Part shown: one piece after another, positions 1 through 13,868 of the stretch
Numbering within the stretch: the first letter of the stretch is position 1
Layout of the letters: each line of letters begins with the position of its first letter
Source: the human T2T-CHM13v2.0 reference genome, Homo sapiens
NCBI RefSeq assembly: GCF_009914755.1
Contig: NC_060926.1
Direction: 5' to 3' (one strand)
Length of the DNA stretch: 64,000 bases
Notes under the pieces: model-generated
What the model was told of the DNA's origin: nothing
The model's input: only the letters and a program-made list of their open reading frames with translations
Databases searched by the model: none
Position numbers and translations under genes: made by a program

Positions 1-329
1 TACTAAATATGAAGAGTGTGTATGTGTAGATATACACATACCCACATTACACACATGCATGCAGGACCCCACCAGGTGCCTCCAGTCTCCACAGGTACCC
101 TCAGATGCTACAGGAATAGAGGTTGTGAATGGTATGGGCATGAGTGACCCCTTTTAGGCAGTTCCAGGTGAGACTCGGAGTGAAAATATTGCAGTGCAGT
201 CTGGGAGAAGAGAACCAAATGAATACTTTCTTGTAAATTAGTAGAGACCATTATACACTTGAACCCAAGGTTCAACCAGCAATGTTAATGGTAAAACTTC
301 CACAGCATATCTGATCTGTGTTAGCATTT

Positions 330-825
330 TCATCTATTGCCTTCAGGCATCACAATTTAAAGCCTGCTAATGCAATGTCCACAACCATACTGAAGACTCT
401 TCAAGTTGGGACCTGTTCTGGTGTCACATGCTAAGGAGGATGTTGAAACATCAGAGTCCAGCTCTGGAGGGACCAGGAACAGGGGTCTGGAGGCTTTAAC
501 AGAGGAGAGTCTGTGGCAGAGACACCTTGCATGTATCAAGCCCTCTGGGCACTGATTTACACATATGGGAAAGGAGGCTTGTATAGAAGAGGGATTGAGT
601 TTTTTGTTGTTGTTGTTGTTCTGCCTTGATCAGGAAGACAGTAAAGACCAGTTGGGGGTAAAATGTAAGCTCAAGATATTTTGCCACTACTAAACTGGCT
701 GCTTTGTTGGGGTGGTGAGCTCCCATCCCTGGAAGTGTTCACACAAATGTCAACTAATCTTTCACCTAAAAGGGGCTCCAGCAGTGCTTGGGTGGTTGGA
801 CTAAATGAATTTGTAAACTCATCAC
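330..825 (+). mobile_element. L3/CR1 ancient LINE 3' fragment (degraded)
   Basis: Segments ggtggtgagctcccatccctggaagtgttca and gggtggttggactaaatga resemble the recalled L3 3' end. 410-495 resembles the L3 ORF2 C-terminal region. Boundaries approximate. Confidence 0.55.
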
Positions 826-1756
826 AGACGTTTTAGAAAACAAATGATGGATCTCCTCCTACTTGAAGGTTCTGAGCACTTTTCCTAAAGTGCTAGGCAG
901 ATGTCCAGTCCTCAGAAAATGCTAAATAACTTTATTAATAGTGCAGATGACGGGTTTTAGAATTTCAAAGTTAAGCTGATTTCTGAAGAGGTTTAGCAGC
1001 AGTGGGAATAATCTTCTATGGGGGCTAAAAATCTACATCAGCTTCCCAGATTTTGGTCTCTCCATCTTGGGAGTGGAGAATAAGAATTCTCATTTCTTTG
1101 GACATTACTGAGTACCTGTATTTAAGATAATAAAATATTACAGTGGCTCTGGTCTCCCTGCTTCCATCTCCCCTTATTTCATTTTCTAAACAATCTTGCC
1201 TAAGTGGTTTTAAATGAAAATCTCGTCAAATCACTTCCTAGTGTAAAATCCTTCAGCATTTCCCCATCTGCAAACTATAAATCACAATTCTTTTATCAGA
1301 ACACAAACCCTCTGTCATCTGGCTTCTCTGGTTCTTTCCAAGTCAACTCCAGCTTATCTTTGCCTCGCATTTCATACTCCAGCCACATCACTTCCCAATG
1401 ATCCCAAATGTTCTTTATTATTTGTACTTAAAAGCACTAGCTCTTTGTATTTGTGTTTAAATTTATAGTCTTGCAACTTGTGGTCATACACGTTGTCTCC
1501 TGTGCCTCCTCCAATACTTTTCAACCATTTGGGGGTAAATCCCACTTTTTAATTTTTGCCTAACCCTGTATAGACTGGTCCAGCCTACCCTGCAGGCTTG
1601 ATTTGGGCTATATTTCCCGTTAATCTTTACCCCTCACCACACTGATCTCCTGTCAGTTCAGCTTCCCCACTGCTGCGCCTTTGCAGTCACTCTCTCTTAT
1701 GCCTGGATAGCTATCTTGGCCAGATTGACAGCTTCTCATTCTTTATATTTTACCTC

Positions 1757-2764
1757 ATCTCTTATAAACAGCATACTGTTAGATTTAAAATCCAGTCTGA
1801 CAATCTTTGTCTTTTAACTAGAGTATCTAGTCTATTTACATTTAATGTAATTACTGATATATTTGGGTGTGTAGCCTAATCTGGCTTTTTTTCTTAACTT
1901 TCTTGACTTCTTTTGAATTGAATTTAAATTGGTTTCTTCATTTACTAGTTTGAAACATGAGCATTCTTGTTATCCTTAGTGACTACTTTGGAAATTACCA
2001 TTTAAGTATTTATGCCTACTTATAAAATTAAAGTTAACCAGAACTTTTACCTTGTTTCTGGATAATATAACCACCTTTTATTCTTGCATGGTTTTATTTG
2101 TTTGTTTGTTTGTTGCTAGTATAGGATTCTAAGTAGGGAGTTATTTCCTTTGAGCACCTTAAAGGTAACATTCCACTGTCTAGTATGGTTGCTGTTGAGA
2201 AGTTAGCTGTCAATCTGTTACTCTTTTAAAGATAAGGTCCCCTCACCCCATCTCTTTAAGATTTTTATTCTTGTCTTTTTGTATTTTAATAATAACATAT
2301 TTAGGTATGGCTTCTTATTTTTTCTTAGAGTTCAGTGGACTTTTAAACTTACATATTATCTTTCAAAAGTTCGTTATCTCTTCTCTCTCTGGGATCCTGA
2401 TTAAATATACTCCATCCTCTTACTCTTTCTTCTACGTTTTCTATCTTCTCCTGTATTTTCCATCTTTTTCTTTCCATAGTTTATTCTGAATAACTTCTGA
2501 CTGATTAAGTCTCTTTCTGTACCTAGTGTGATATTAAACTGTTACATCGAGTTTTTAAATTATGGTACTTTTAGTTTTTAGAAGTTCTATTTGGTTCTCT
2601 ATAAAATATTCTAGGTCACTATGTTTCCTGCTTCTAATATATTTCTAAACTTTAAAAAAAATTCTTTAATATAAGTGTGGCTATTTCATAGTCTGATAAT
2701 GCCAACACCTGAAGTCTTTTGTTGTTCTTATGGTTTTCAGCTGGTTCTTGCTCATGGTTCCCTT
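1757..2764 (-). mobile_element. Old L1M fragment, interrupted at its right side by an LTR
   Basis: T-rich tract aatccagtctgacaatctttgtcttttaactag...tttacatttaatgtaattactgatatatttgg is typical of antisense L1M. Boundaries approximate. Confidence 0.6.
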
Positions 2765-3211
2765 TGAAACTGATCCAATAGCCCCACAGACTGTTCTTTT
2801 TGATTAACATAATTATTCACCCTTCTGGTCTTAAAGCTTGAACCTTACATTTGTTTTATCTGAGTTCCTTCCTCAGGAAAGGACCTTCACGCCTCTCAAA
2901 ATATCAAAGAACAGGAACTTCACCGAATCACCACATCCAGACAATGAGATGCTGGACTCCTCATTCATCATGATTGCATCCTTGCCCTTCCTCAGTTCCT
3001 GTTTCTTGCACATTGTTGCTTTTCTTCCCTGCTATTATAAACCCTCAGTTTTAGTTGGTCAGGGAGATGGATTTGAGACTGAGCTCCCATCTCCTTGGCT
3101 GCAGCACCTGATTAAAGCCTATCTTCCCTGGCAATGCTCATCACCTCAGTCATTGGCTTGCCATGTGGCGAGCAGCAGAACCTAGACGAAACCCCTGGTG
3201 TTTCGGTAACA
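2765..3211 (+). mobile_element. Solo LTR, LTR47-like
   Basis: TG...CA termini (tgaaac...ggtaaca), flanking duplication CCTT (2761-2764 / 3212-3215), internal TATAAA and ATTAAA. Subfamily from recall. Confidence 0.75.
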
Positions 3212-3937
3212 CCTTGTTTCCTTGTAGACTTGGTTGTCTTTGGACTGGTTCATTGTGCTTGGAAATCTTATCTGGACCTGTTATGAAGGCATCCTCCTCT
3301 AGTGTTTGCATCTGCTTAGGTGCCTGGTAGTCCACAGCCACCTTATAACAAGTTTAGGGCTTGAATATCTCAAGTTACAAATCTACACAAAGGTTTATTT
3401 CCAGTCTACTCTTATCCTGAGTCTGGGCCTAGTATACTCAGGGGGGATGATCTTTCACTTGCGCCTCATCTTTGAGCGGGCTCTGATCTTTTTTATCTGT
3501 CTTCCTAATCTTAAAAAATCTTCCAAACTTTAGGGCAAAAGTGACTCCCTGGGTTCTCACTGTTATTCAATTTCCCTAGATCTTCACTACTATCTTGTCT
3601 GTATTTTACTGCGTTAAAGAAGATTTTTAACAATTTTTTCTAGCATTTTCAGGGGTTGTTATTTTTAGTGGTATAGTTGACTCAAATAACCTACTCTGCC
3701 ATTGCCAGAGCTAGAGTTCTCACTTTTTTAAAACAGCAGAATAAAAAGCTTTAATACCAAAGACATAATAAAGAACAATCAATGAAATATGTTTAGCTTT
3801 AAAAGATGCACTTATTTTTCTGTCTGTTTCATTAGTGTTTGCTCCATTTCTCCTCATGCTGGCAATTGAAAAGCAAAGTTTGCTCTTGCTTTTTTAAAAT
3901 CAACTTTCTCTCTGTGGATTTGCCTATTGTAGACATC

Positions 3938-5445
3938 TTTTTAAATTGACATAAAATAATTATGATAGGGACAGGACGCAGAGAAATTCTAGACGGAAAA
4001 GGGCTGGGTCCCTGGTAAGGGCCCCACCCTCAAGCCTGGAACTACGGCAAAAAGTGAGAACTTTACATCCTCGTTTTCCCACTCGAATGTTGCCTTTTCC
4101 AAAGCACCCTGGCCCACCCTGCCCCTGCATCCTACACATAAAAACCCCAAGCTCCACTGGCAGAGAGCAGAGAAGGGGGAAAGAGAAGAAGCAGCTGAAT
4201 GTCAGAGAGAAGCAGCTCGACTTCAGAGGGACGGCTTGATGGCGGGACTTCGAAGAAGAGTCCAGCCGAGGATGGCCAGACTTCAGGGGAAGAATACCTT
4301 CCTACTCCATCCCCTTTCCCGCTCCCCTTCCTGCTGAGAGCCACTTCCATTGGCAGTAAAATCCCCCACATTTACTATCCTTCAATTCATTCATGTGACC
4401 TGATTTTTTCCTGGACACTGGACAAGAGCTCAGGATACAGAAAGCTGTCACACTGACCGTCTCCCCTTGCAAAAAGGCAGAGGGTCCACTGAGCTATTAA
4501 ACACTTAAGCTGTCCCCAGATGGCAAAGCTAAAAGAGCACTGCCTGTAACACATGACCTCTGGGGCTTCAGATGTTGCAGGTACTCTCCACTAGATGCTG
4601 CCACAGGGCCCGAGTGGAGTTTTGCTCCTGCTGGCACTCAAAAGCACTTGCTCTGGCTCATGAACCCTCTCACCTGCCTGCTCCCCCTCCCACGAGGAGT
4701 TGAGAGCTGTGGGCTGAGTAAGGGAGGCACTCCTGTCACGAGGCCGTGAAAGGGTCAAGGGAAATTTCCTGTTTCAATTACGCATATTCATAGGGTACTG
4801 GTGATGTTTTGATACATCTATTGTATAGTGATCAGATCAGGATAATTAGCATATCCACAATCTCAAACACTTATTTCTTTGTGTTGGGAATGTTAAATAT
4901 CCTCCTCCTACCTATTTGAAATTATATATTAACTATATTAATTCTACAGTGGTGTAGAATACTAGAATTTACTCCTCTAACCTAGCTGTGATTTTGTATC
5001 CTTTAACAAATCTCTTCCAAAACCCTCTTTCCCTTACCCTTCCCAGTATCTAGCATCTTCTTTTCTACTTTTTACCTCTAGGAGATCAGCTTCTTTTAGC
5101 TTCCACATGAGTGAGAGCATGCAGTGTTTAACTTTTCTGCTCCTGGCTTATTTCACTTAGTGTCCTCCAGTTGCATTTACGTTGCTCTGCAAATGACAAG
5201 ATTTCATTCTTTTTTATGGCTAAAGAGTGTTCCGTTATGTGTATGCACCACATTTTCTTTGTCCATTAATCTGTTATCAGACACCTTGGTTGATTCCATA
5301 TCTTGGCCATTGTGTCTACTGCTGCAGTAAACCTGGGGAGGGGGATACAGATATCTCTTTGATATAATGGTTTTCTTTCCTTTGGATAAATGCCCATTAG
5401 TAGCATTGCTGGATTATACGGTAGCTCTATTTGTAGTGTGAGGAA
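3938..5445 (-). mobile_element. L1MA-type 3' end, split by the LTR at 3963-4776
   Basis: Antisense L1 3'UTR/ORF2-end text (gatcagatcaggataattagcatatcc; ccatatcttggccattgtg; ttgctggattatacggtagctctatt). ORF 5266-5469 (IELPYNPAMLLMGIYPKE) is an L1 ORF2 C-terminal remnant. Confidence 0.8.
3963..4776 (+). mobile_element. Solo ERV1 LTR, LTR1/LTR27/LTR28 group
   Basis: tgatagggacagg...ttcctgtttca with TG/CA ends and 4-bp TSD ATTA (3959-3962 / 4777-4780). The ggccccaccctcaagcc motif is characteristic of this group. Confidence 0.8.
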
Positions 5446-5459
5446 TGGAGGACTCACTT

Positions 5460-5700
5460 TGAATGTCACCTCTTACAAAGAGACTTGGCCGAGCCCAATC
5501 TTATCTTAGGTCTCCTTGTTTTACACTTTTATAACCCTATTTTTTTCTGCTTGGCATTTACCTCAATTTGTAATTTTATGTATATTTTTGATTAAGACAG
5601 TCTGTTTACTCCCTGGACAGCAGTGTAAAAGCAGGGAGTATATGTATACCAATGCCTCACACAGTGGCTAGTTCATAGTAGGTGCACGACAAATATCCGG
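5460..5700 (+). mobile_element. L2 3' fragment
   Basis: aatgcctcacacagtggctagttcatagtaggtgcacgacaaatat resembles the L2 3' terminus. Confidence 0.5.
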
Positions 5701-5878
5701 CCTCTAGGAAAGAATGCAGCAGAGTATTTGTATGGGGATTGGCCAGATACCAAAGACTACTGTGGTTTGAATACAGTCTTATTAAGAAACACTACTTGTC
5801 ACTTTCGTTATCATAGATCAGTAAGTACGAACTAGATATTAAGGACTCAGAACAGTTCTTTTAAGATTTCAGGGTGTA

Positions 5879-6279
<401 letters not shown>

Positions 6280-6569
6280 TTAAGGCAATCCATATATAGA
6301 ACATGCTGTGTCTAATTTAGTCTTCTACAGGCTGGAAAACAAAGGATGAGACAAGTGTTGCAATCCAGGTGGACACATCTTAAAACACTTAGATGGACAC
6401 ATTTTAAATGGAATTTCTAGGCCTCATTACCATTTTTGGATATAATGGTACTTAAATGTTATTTAAGTACCCAAGTCAGAAATTTATAAATATAGTGATT
6501 GCAGTTAAAATATTTTATATTCAAAGTGCTTCATAGGTCCTTAATATGCACTAAATCATATAAAAGCCA

Positions 6570-6790
6570 ACTCTTACATAGTGCTTACTATTCCCCAAGA
6601 AGGATTTTAACTATGTGATGTTTATTCTCTTAATTATCTCAGCATCATTATGTGGTAGGTGCTATAGTCATCCCCATTTTTACAGATGAGGAAACTAAGA
6701 CCCAGCACGATGGAATGACTTGCCTAAGTCACACAATATGAGGTAGAGCCAAGTTGCAAACTCAGCCCTTCTGGCTCTGTGTCCTTAATC
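6570..6790 (-). mobile_element. MIR
   Basis: Core ccccatttttacagatgaggaaactaagacccag...tgacttgcctaagtcacac. Confidence 0.8.
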
Positions 6791-7149
6791 TTACTCTTTA
6801 CTATTGAGGGAACGAGATTGAATTTTAACTAGCTGCCCAAGGCTATCCAGGGCTCTGTGTAGTTGTGCAGGTTAGCTAGAAACTAGAAGCTCAGTGGTAG
6901 CTCGAAGACCCCTGGAGCATGTGGAGCTCTGTGTGTTGTCATGACAGTAGCCTAAGGAGACATTTCCTTGCCTTCCATTGGGTTTATGAGCTTTCCAAAG
7001 CGCTGATATGTCAGGTCTGACTGGCCAGGGGGGAAAGGTGTTTCTGTAGAAAGGCATAAACTAAGCATGAGTTAATATTTTAAAAGTTTAGAAATGAAAT
7101 TAAGGTGTTATAATTGTTTTTTCTGCTTTGGTGACTTGTCTTACCTACA

Positions 7150-7570
7150 TGTTTTCCTTCCGATATCATGATGTCATAGCTAATATGTGGCGACTGGGTT
7201 TCGAGTTTCAGGTTGAGGATGCCATGGTGATATACCTCCATGTAGAAGCTGTGAAGTTACAGCACCTTTGTTTTCATGTCAGTTGTCTTTTGATGCTGTC
7301 CTCCAAGACAGCTGCCGTATCTCTTGTAGCCATGTAGTTCTGCATGTGGGTTGCTATTAATATTTGTACACAAGCATCACACGTGGGTTAATGCAACATC
7401 CTTGCTCTGATGTCCGCAGTCTCATAGTAGTCTGAAGCCTCATTGGATGAGTTATTCTGTGGTACTGGGTCCTCCTCCATTGCTGGGATTGACAAATTCA
7501 AAGATGTCTTGGGGACATGAGTTCAACTACTCCAAAGAAAAATGATGTTTGGAAAATCATCACTGCAGAA
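7150..7570 (-). mobile_element. Probable RTE-clade LINE fossil (L4/MamRTE1-like)
   Basis: Frameshifted minus-strand translation gives HAELHGYKRYGSCLGGQ and FTASTWRYITMASST*, resembling RTE ORF C-terminal motifs (LLYGEL..GKR..GGQ; WE.LA.DR..W). Confidence 0.4.
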
Positions 7571-7779
7571 TAAACAGTTGTTGACTAGCTTTCTACTAGA
7601 TGCTTTTCTTTATGGTGATATTTGAGTGTTTTTCTTTCCTGAGCTATTCAGAAAATTGGCTTATTCTCAATTACTCCTTGACCCTGGAGGCCCATCCACC
7701 AACGGAAGAGAAAGACGGAGAAGACAGGGAACAGAAAGGAGCCTGCCTTAAGAGCTGGAATCTGATTCCACTTGCCCCT

Positions 7780-8482
7780 TTGGGCCTGCACTCAACGTTT
7801 CTTAAATGTTCACGTGTTACCTCCGAGTCTGCCGATTCCAGGGAAGCTCTGGCTTCTGTCATCACCTCTGGCAGGACAAGCAAGCAGGCTCCCTGCAAAA
7901 GGACTTGGAAGCTAATAAAGCTGGCCGCTGCTTCGGAAATGCAAAGGCTTGACACGTGTTCATCTGGCAAAGCTGGACTGAAACCACACTCCCCGCAGCA
8001 ATGAGTGGCGACGGCCAGTCGCTACTCAAATACTTGGCACTCTGGGCTTAAATTTTAGTTGGGTAAAAAATGGGAAAAAAGCCTTCTATCTTCAAATTCA
8101 CATTGTAGTACTTCTTTGAGGTACTGACTCTCATTCCTGCAGCCAGCCATTCTGTATATTCATTCTGTGTGTTCACTGCATATCGATGCTGCCATTTGGG
8201 GACTTCCCTAAACAGATTGCTCTTGAATAGAGCCAAGTATGGATTTGGATTTTGTGGAGATTAACTGGTCACTGAGCTTGCATTGTCAGAAAACGGTAGT
8301 GTTGCAGCACAATCCAGGGAGGACTCTGAGGCGCCCTGCAGGGATGACCCTTGGCTGGCCCATAGTGTGGGTGAAGACCCGAGGGAAGCCCATTATAGCC
8401 CCTGCTGCTGGCTCAGCTGTGGCCAGTGTCTAATGGCCTTCGGGAGCCAACCACGGAGTCTGGAAGGCTCCTAGAGGTGAGT
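7780..8482 (+). promoter_or_regulatory. Candidate regulatory element / non-coding first exon ending at donor GAG|GTGAGT
   Basis: No recognisable repeat, several retained CpGs, CACGTG at 7811 and 7953, consensus 5' splice site at 8477-8482. Confidence 0.3.
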
Positions 8483-9214
8483 TCCCCGTCGTGCTGGGGG
8501 CACAGGCAGGGCAGAGCTACCCTTCTCCGCATGTGCCAGCCTAACAGGTCCCTCCCTCTTGCTCATCTGTGTGGGTTTTGCCTTTTTGGGGTGGGAGGCA
8601 TTAAATGTATACTATAGTTCTTACACATTTACAGTTTTTATCATGCCTGTGTGGAGAGTGAGTCTGCACAACTACCATGCCATGCTACACTCCCTATATG
8701 ATGTCAGTCAGTTCCTTAGGAAGAGGTTGTCCTCCCCGCCTGTCATGCTGGAAGGAAGGACAAATGGGGCTGGCATATCCTTTCTGCACAGCCACTGTGG
8801 GAACAGGGTATGGGTCACACACAGGCAGGAGAGTGTGTGGGAAACTCCCTTTTCTCTGCCTGGGGAGGGGCTTGGGCTTTGGGGAGAAGTCCTGGGAATC
8901 CTTGGAGCTTGCTTCCCACGTTGTCAATGCTTTGCAGAGCTGAGGTTTTTCCCTTACTGCAGAGTCGCTCAGAATCTTTGAGACTGCCCAAGGCCTTCTG
9001 GGGCACAGAGCTGGGTTTTTGGCAACTGCCTTGAGAGTGAGTGGCGTTGTGGACTGCCATCCAGCCCCTCCCTCCCTGTTACAGTTTTTAGAATACTTGT
9101 TTTTGCAAACAACCAGGACTGTTGTGAACATCTGTATCCTGAAACCAACACTGTTTCAGGTGGAGGGGAAAGTCTGGAGAGGCCTGGCATCTCAGCCAGG
9201 AGGTGGGGTGAGAG

Positions 9215-9600
9215 GGTTCTGAGTTCAGGTTCTGCCACTGGGCAAGTTACTCAACCTCTGAGTTCAGTTTCCTCCTTGATAAAATAGAAATGCTACTGTT
9301 GACTCACTTGTTGAAAGGATGCCTATGATAAAGTCTCCCTTTTATTGCTGGGTAAACCAAAACCAGAAGTGACCTGTCCAGGGTTCATAGTATGACGACA
9401 GGGTGGTGGTGAGGAAGGAGGCCTGGGTTCAAGACCAGATCTCCCTGTTCTGCAATCCTTGTGGTCTTAGGCAAGTCCTCCAATCTCTAAAGTCTCCATT
9501 TCTACGGAGGTAAAATGGGAGCAGTAACTGTGGCAGCAAGTGTCTTGTCTCGACACCTACGACAATGTTATAGGAATAAAGGGAGGCAGCACATGCCTTG
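9215..9600 (+). mobile_element. Two MIR fragments
   Basis: gggcaagttactcaacctctgagttcagtttcctc and ggtcttaggcaagtcctccaatctctaaagtctccatttc...gtaaaatggg. Confidence 0.65.
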
Positions 9601-9959
9601 TAAACTGCAAGGAATTTTGCAGCTGCAAAATGTTTCCACCTCTACAGCTTGTTGGTGACTGAGCCAGTCAACAATGAGCTCTTTAGAGTTCCTGGCCTGT
9701 GGGCTCTTAAAGTGATTTTTAAAACATGTTTTCATGGCTAGTTTTTCTTATGAAAGTAATACTTGCTCGTTGTAAAAACTTCAACCAGCACAGAGGGATG
9801 AAGAGCGAAAGACACCCTTTCTCCAACCAGTTCTATTCCCCAGAGGTGACTTCTGCTTACTTCTGTCTCCTTCTGGAAATTGTCTGCACCTGTGCATATA
9901 CACACGGACACAGACACATGTCTGATTGTATAAGCTGCGTGTGATCTGTTATATGTGAT

Positions 9960-9961
<2 letters not shown>

Positions 9962-10018
<57 letters not shown>

Positions 10019-10028
10019 GTTGTTGTTT
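9962..10028. repeat. (AT)n microsatellite (~23 units) followed by (TTG)n
   Basis: Directly visible. Confidence 0.97.
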
Positions 10029-12374
10029 TACCAAGAGCTCAAGTGAAAATCCAGGTAGTTTTCAGTATTTTGATTACTAGAAACAATGCCACAGTGAGCA
10101 GAGGTATACTTTCTTATGACTTGGTCTCTCTGGATTTAAAACAAATGTTGAAAGCAGCTAGTGGCTCAGAGCTTTCAGAATTATCTTTTGCACTTGGCAG
10201 AATGAATCTTTCCCCAGAAAGAATTATGTTGTTAATACTGTGGTTTTCCACTGCTCCACCCAGTTAAATTTAATCACACCATGTGACTTCCAAATAAAAT
10301 GATGTGTGTGTCTGGAGGGAAGGGACCTGACAAAGCTTCCTTTTTTTTATCGACCCTAGGGAACAGAGCAAAGCTCTCTTCAGAAGGCCTGGCTTTCAGA
10401 GACCTTCTGCCTGGGACATTTATATTCGCAGCCCATTCTCCAGTGTCCTTGGAGGAAGCTGCTGCTATTAATTGGGTTGGAGAGAGAGAGTGGCTATGTG
10501 TATTTTGATACATGTCTTCCTATACAAAACAAGCCTGGACCACTTCATTTAAAAAAGTTAATCTACATGAATTAATATATCTGTCTGATTGCCTCTGGTC
10601 TGGATGGCCATTTGGGCAGTGCATAATCGTAGCCCAGCCAAATTTCTCTGACTGTTGTTGACAACAGATAGGATTTAGTTCTCTAGCCAAAGCAAACACT
10701 TCATCCTAAAGTGAATTTTGGGGGTTAGGGCAACTCCTATGATTTCATATTGCAGTGTAAAATGGTTTCTCTTACAGTTAAAAACAAATCCACAAATTTG
10801 TGGGTTTTGGGTGCTTTGATTTTTGTTATTTTCCCAAAATGTTGTGTGTAGGATAATTTAAAAAGCAAAATCTTATTTTAAGTGCACGAGGGAGCCTCGG
10901 AGAAATCCCATGGAGTTGCTTTTTAACGAAGGCTCTTTTGACAATGTAAATCCAAGAATCAGGTGTGTAAAGAATGTTAGACCCACACCTCCCCAGAACG
11001 TGAATCTTTCCCACTGAACTCCCTGGTCAGTGTGGCCTCCTGCTCCTCCTCTTCCTCCTCAAGAGGCCTACCTGGGCTGTCTTGCCACTGACCCCACGTT
11101 TGCTGGCAGGTGGAACTCTTACCTGTCCGGGCCATGGGCTCTGGGCTTGCTTCACATGCTGGACCATTTCTGTTCTTGGCCTTAGAATGCATGGTGAAGT
11201 GCTTGCAGGACTGTCCTCAGCCCAGGGAGCTCTGGCTCCAGGTGACTCTCATTTCCTCTCTGTCAACTGTCCCAATTCCTAACCCACTCCCACTCTGAGC
11301 TCCGTAGCCTGTGTCTGGCTGCTGTCTGCTTTCCTGCCTGTTCTGTCTCTTCCTGAGAACCCCTGCCCATGACCGTCTGGCTATCTTAGAGCACACTATG
11401 AGATTGTGTGAAGAGGATTTGCTTAGAGGGGACTTGGCATTTTAATGCTAGCAGTAAAACAAACCTGCCATGCTGACTTCTATTGCATTAAAAAGTGAAG
11501 CAACAGGCTTGCTTAAACATAAACAGCAACAGTAAAAACCCAGAACTACCTAACTACATGGGCACAGGAAATAGTCCAGCCATCTTGGAGAATAGCACAA
11601 AAATACAGCTGACGTGATAACAGTAACCCTGCAATGAGTCTTGACAATGCTGAAGTCAAATGACTTTTTCAAACCTTTCTAATGCTTGGCTATAATCTAA
11701 AGGAAGCATTGCACTTCGAGTGCTGATTTTTTATGAAGCTCGTAAACCTTTTTCTTTAAATGCCAATGTGCTGAAAAGTTATGAGTATTAAAGACTTAGA
11801 AAGTGCCTTTAAAAGTGTGGGAAAAGGTCCCTCTTTTCTTGATTATGATTCTTGAATGCTAGTAATGATAGTAGTAGTAATAAATGTCATTCTTCACTAG
11901 AATAGTTTTTTCCAAAGACCTTTCGGGTCTACTCTCAAGTTCTTTCCTATCTTTGTGTGAGGTGGACGATGTCACTAGCCTCACGTGGCAGAACGGGGTC
12001 AGAAGCTCAGAGTTTAAGTAATATGGCCTGGAATTAGAACCCAGGAGTATTGCTCCTTCTTGTAAACTCTGATGCCTGGGTTTTTACATGGTGTCTATCT
12101 GTAATGGCTTATAACAGAGTTGCTCCTCCAGAAGTTTTAGCCTCGTTCCTGCTTGATAGGCAGGGCCTCCCATTGGGCCTGACCCAGGATACATGCTTGG
12201 TTGCAGAAAGTCAGCTTTGCAGGTTATACTCTCAGCATTTTGGCCACAGTCAACCGTGCAGAAGGCTTCCTACCTAGATGGACAATAGATAGCGATCTGT
12301 GTCTGAAATTCCACAGCCATCAAGATGAAACTGAGAAGCTAGATCATCCTTGCTGGAACACAGATTGAGTTAGG

Positions 12375-13028
12375 GTGTAGGTCGAGGTTCAGTTGTAGAA
12401 AGCAGAATATATCACAGCAAACAAGAGGAAGGGATTTATTATAAGGAATTAAATGGCTTATAGAACTATGAAGAGTTCTGAAGACAAAGGTCTCTAGGTG
12501 GCGGTTTCAGGAATAAGTACCCCGGAACCACACTACAGAACTAGACCACCAAGAAAGCTGTTGCCACTCCTACAGATGAAGCCACTTCTCCAGAACCACA
12601 TTGCAACAGCCATGATTGAGAGGGTCCCACAATCAGGAAGCCATGACTTTTATGGTTCTAGAACCATGCCACATCAGCTATGATCAGCATCTGCAAATGA
12701 TGTCCTGGTCCTGCCTCCTGGAACCCACAAAGTTGGTACCTGGATGCTGCAACATTGGCTAAAACTGTCATAGAAGAACCAGGTGCCTCTTGGACTTTGC
12801 TTGCTGAGCAAATGGCAGCTACTGCCAAAATGTGGTCTCTGCCTCACTTTGGCGTTCTAAATTTCACAAAAGCACATCTAACTGGCCCAACTGAAATCAT
12901 ATCTGGAACTGCAGCTGCAGGGACTTTGAGAGTTGGCTTTAGCTTCCCATCCTCTGCCCACATAGGAGAGGTGGGCACACTAGAAGGATAGAATGTATGC
13001 TGGAAGCCAATCCACTGTTATCTCCCAT
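12375..13028 (-). mobile_element. Ancient LTR (MaLR/LTR78-79-like)
   Basis: gggatttattataaggaattaaatggcttatagaac at the left end and gcagctgcagggactttgagagttggctttagcttcccatcctctgc...ggaagccaatccac at the right resemble antisense old LTRs. Confidence 0.5.
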
Positions 13029-13249
13029 GATCTGTGATCATTAGAAATGGACCTAGATTTCCAGAGTCAGCAGATGAAAACAGAACTGAGGTTATAGCCA
13101 GAACATGGAATCGTTGTGAATATTTTGGGGAATGTGTGTGTGGATGATCCCAGATATAACAGATGGCAAAGAATTAAAAGTGGCAAAAGGCGCTGGGTTT
13201 GTCCTCTAGCTCCTGCTTAGCTCCTTTGAAACTTGTTAAGCTGTAGTTG

Positions 13250-13440
13250 CAACAGCCCAAGGAGTTCTGGAGAACTCTAGTCTCACTGTGTATTATTTGG
13301 GGAAACAATATGTTAAGAAGCTGTCTTAATTGCCAAGCCTTTACTATGCTAATGTTTGTTGTGAATCTCTAGATGTGGATACAGCATACAAGGGTTCCCC
13401 AAACATTTGGCCACTGGAAAGCCTCATGCCTCATCTTTAA
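13250..13440. mobile_element. MER103C-like hAT-Charlie fragment
   Basis: gcctttactatgctaatgtttgttgtgaatctctaga...ttccccaaacatttggccac matches the recalled MER103C core. Confidence 0.6.
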
Positions 13441-13470
13441 AAAATGCAGAAGTAGTATTTCCCAACAGTC

Positions 13471-13868
<398 letters not shown>

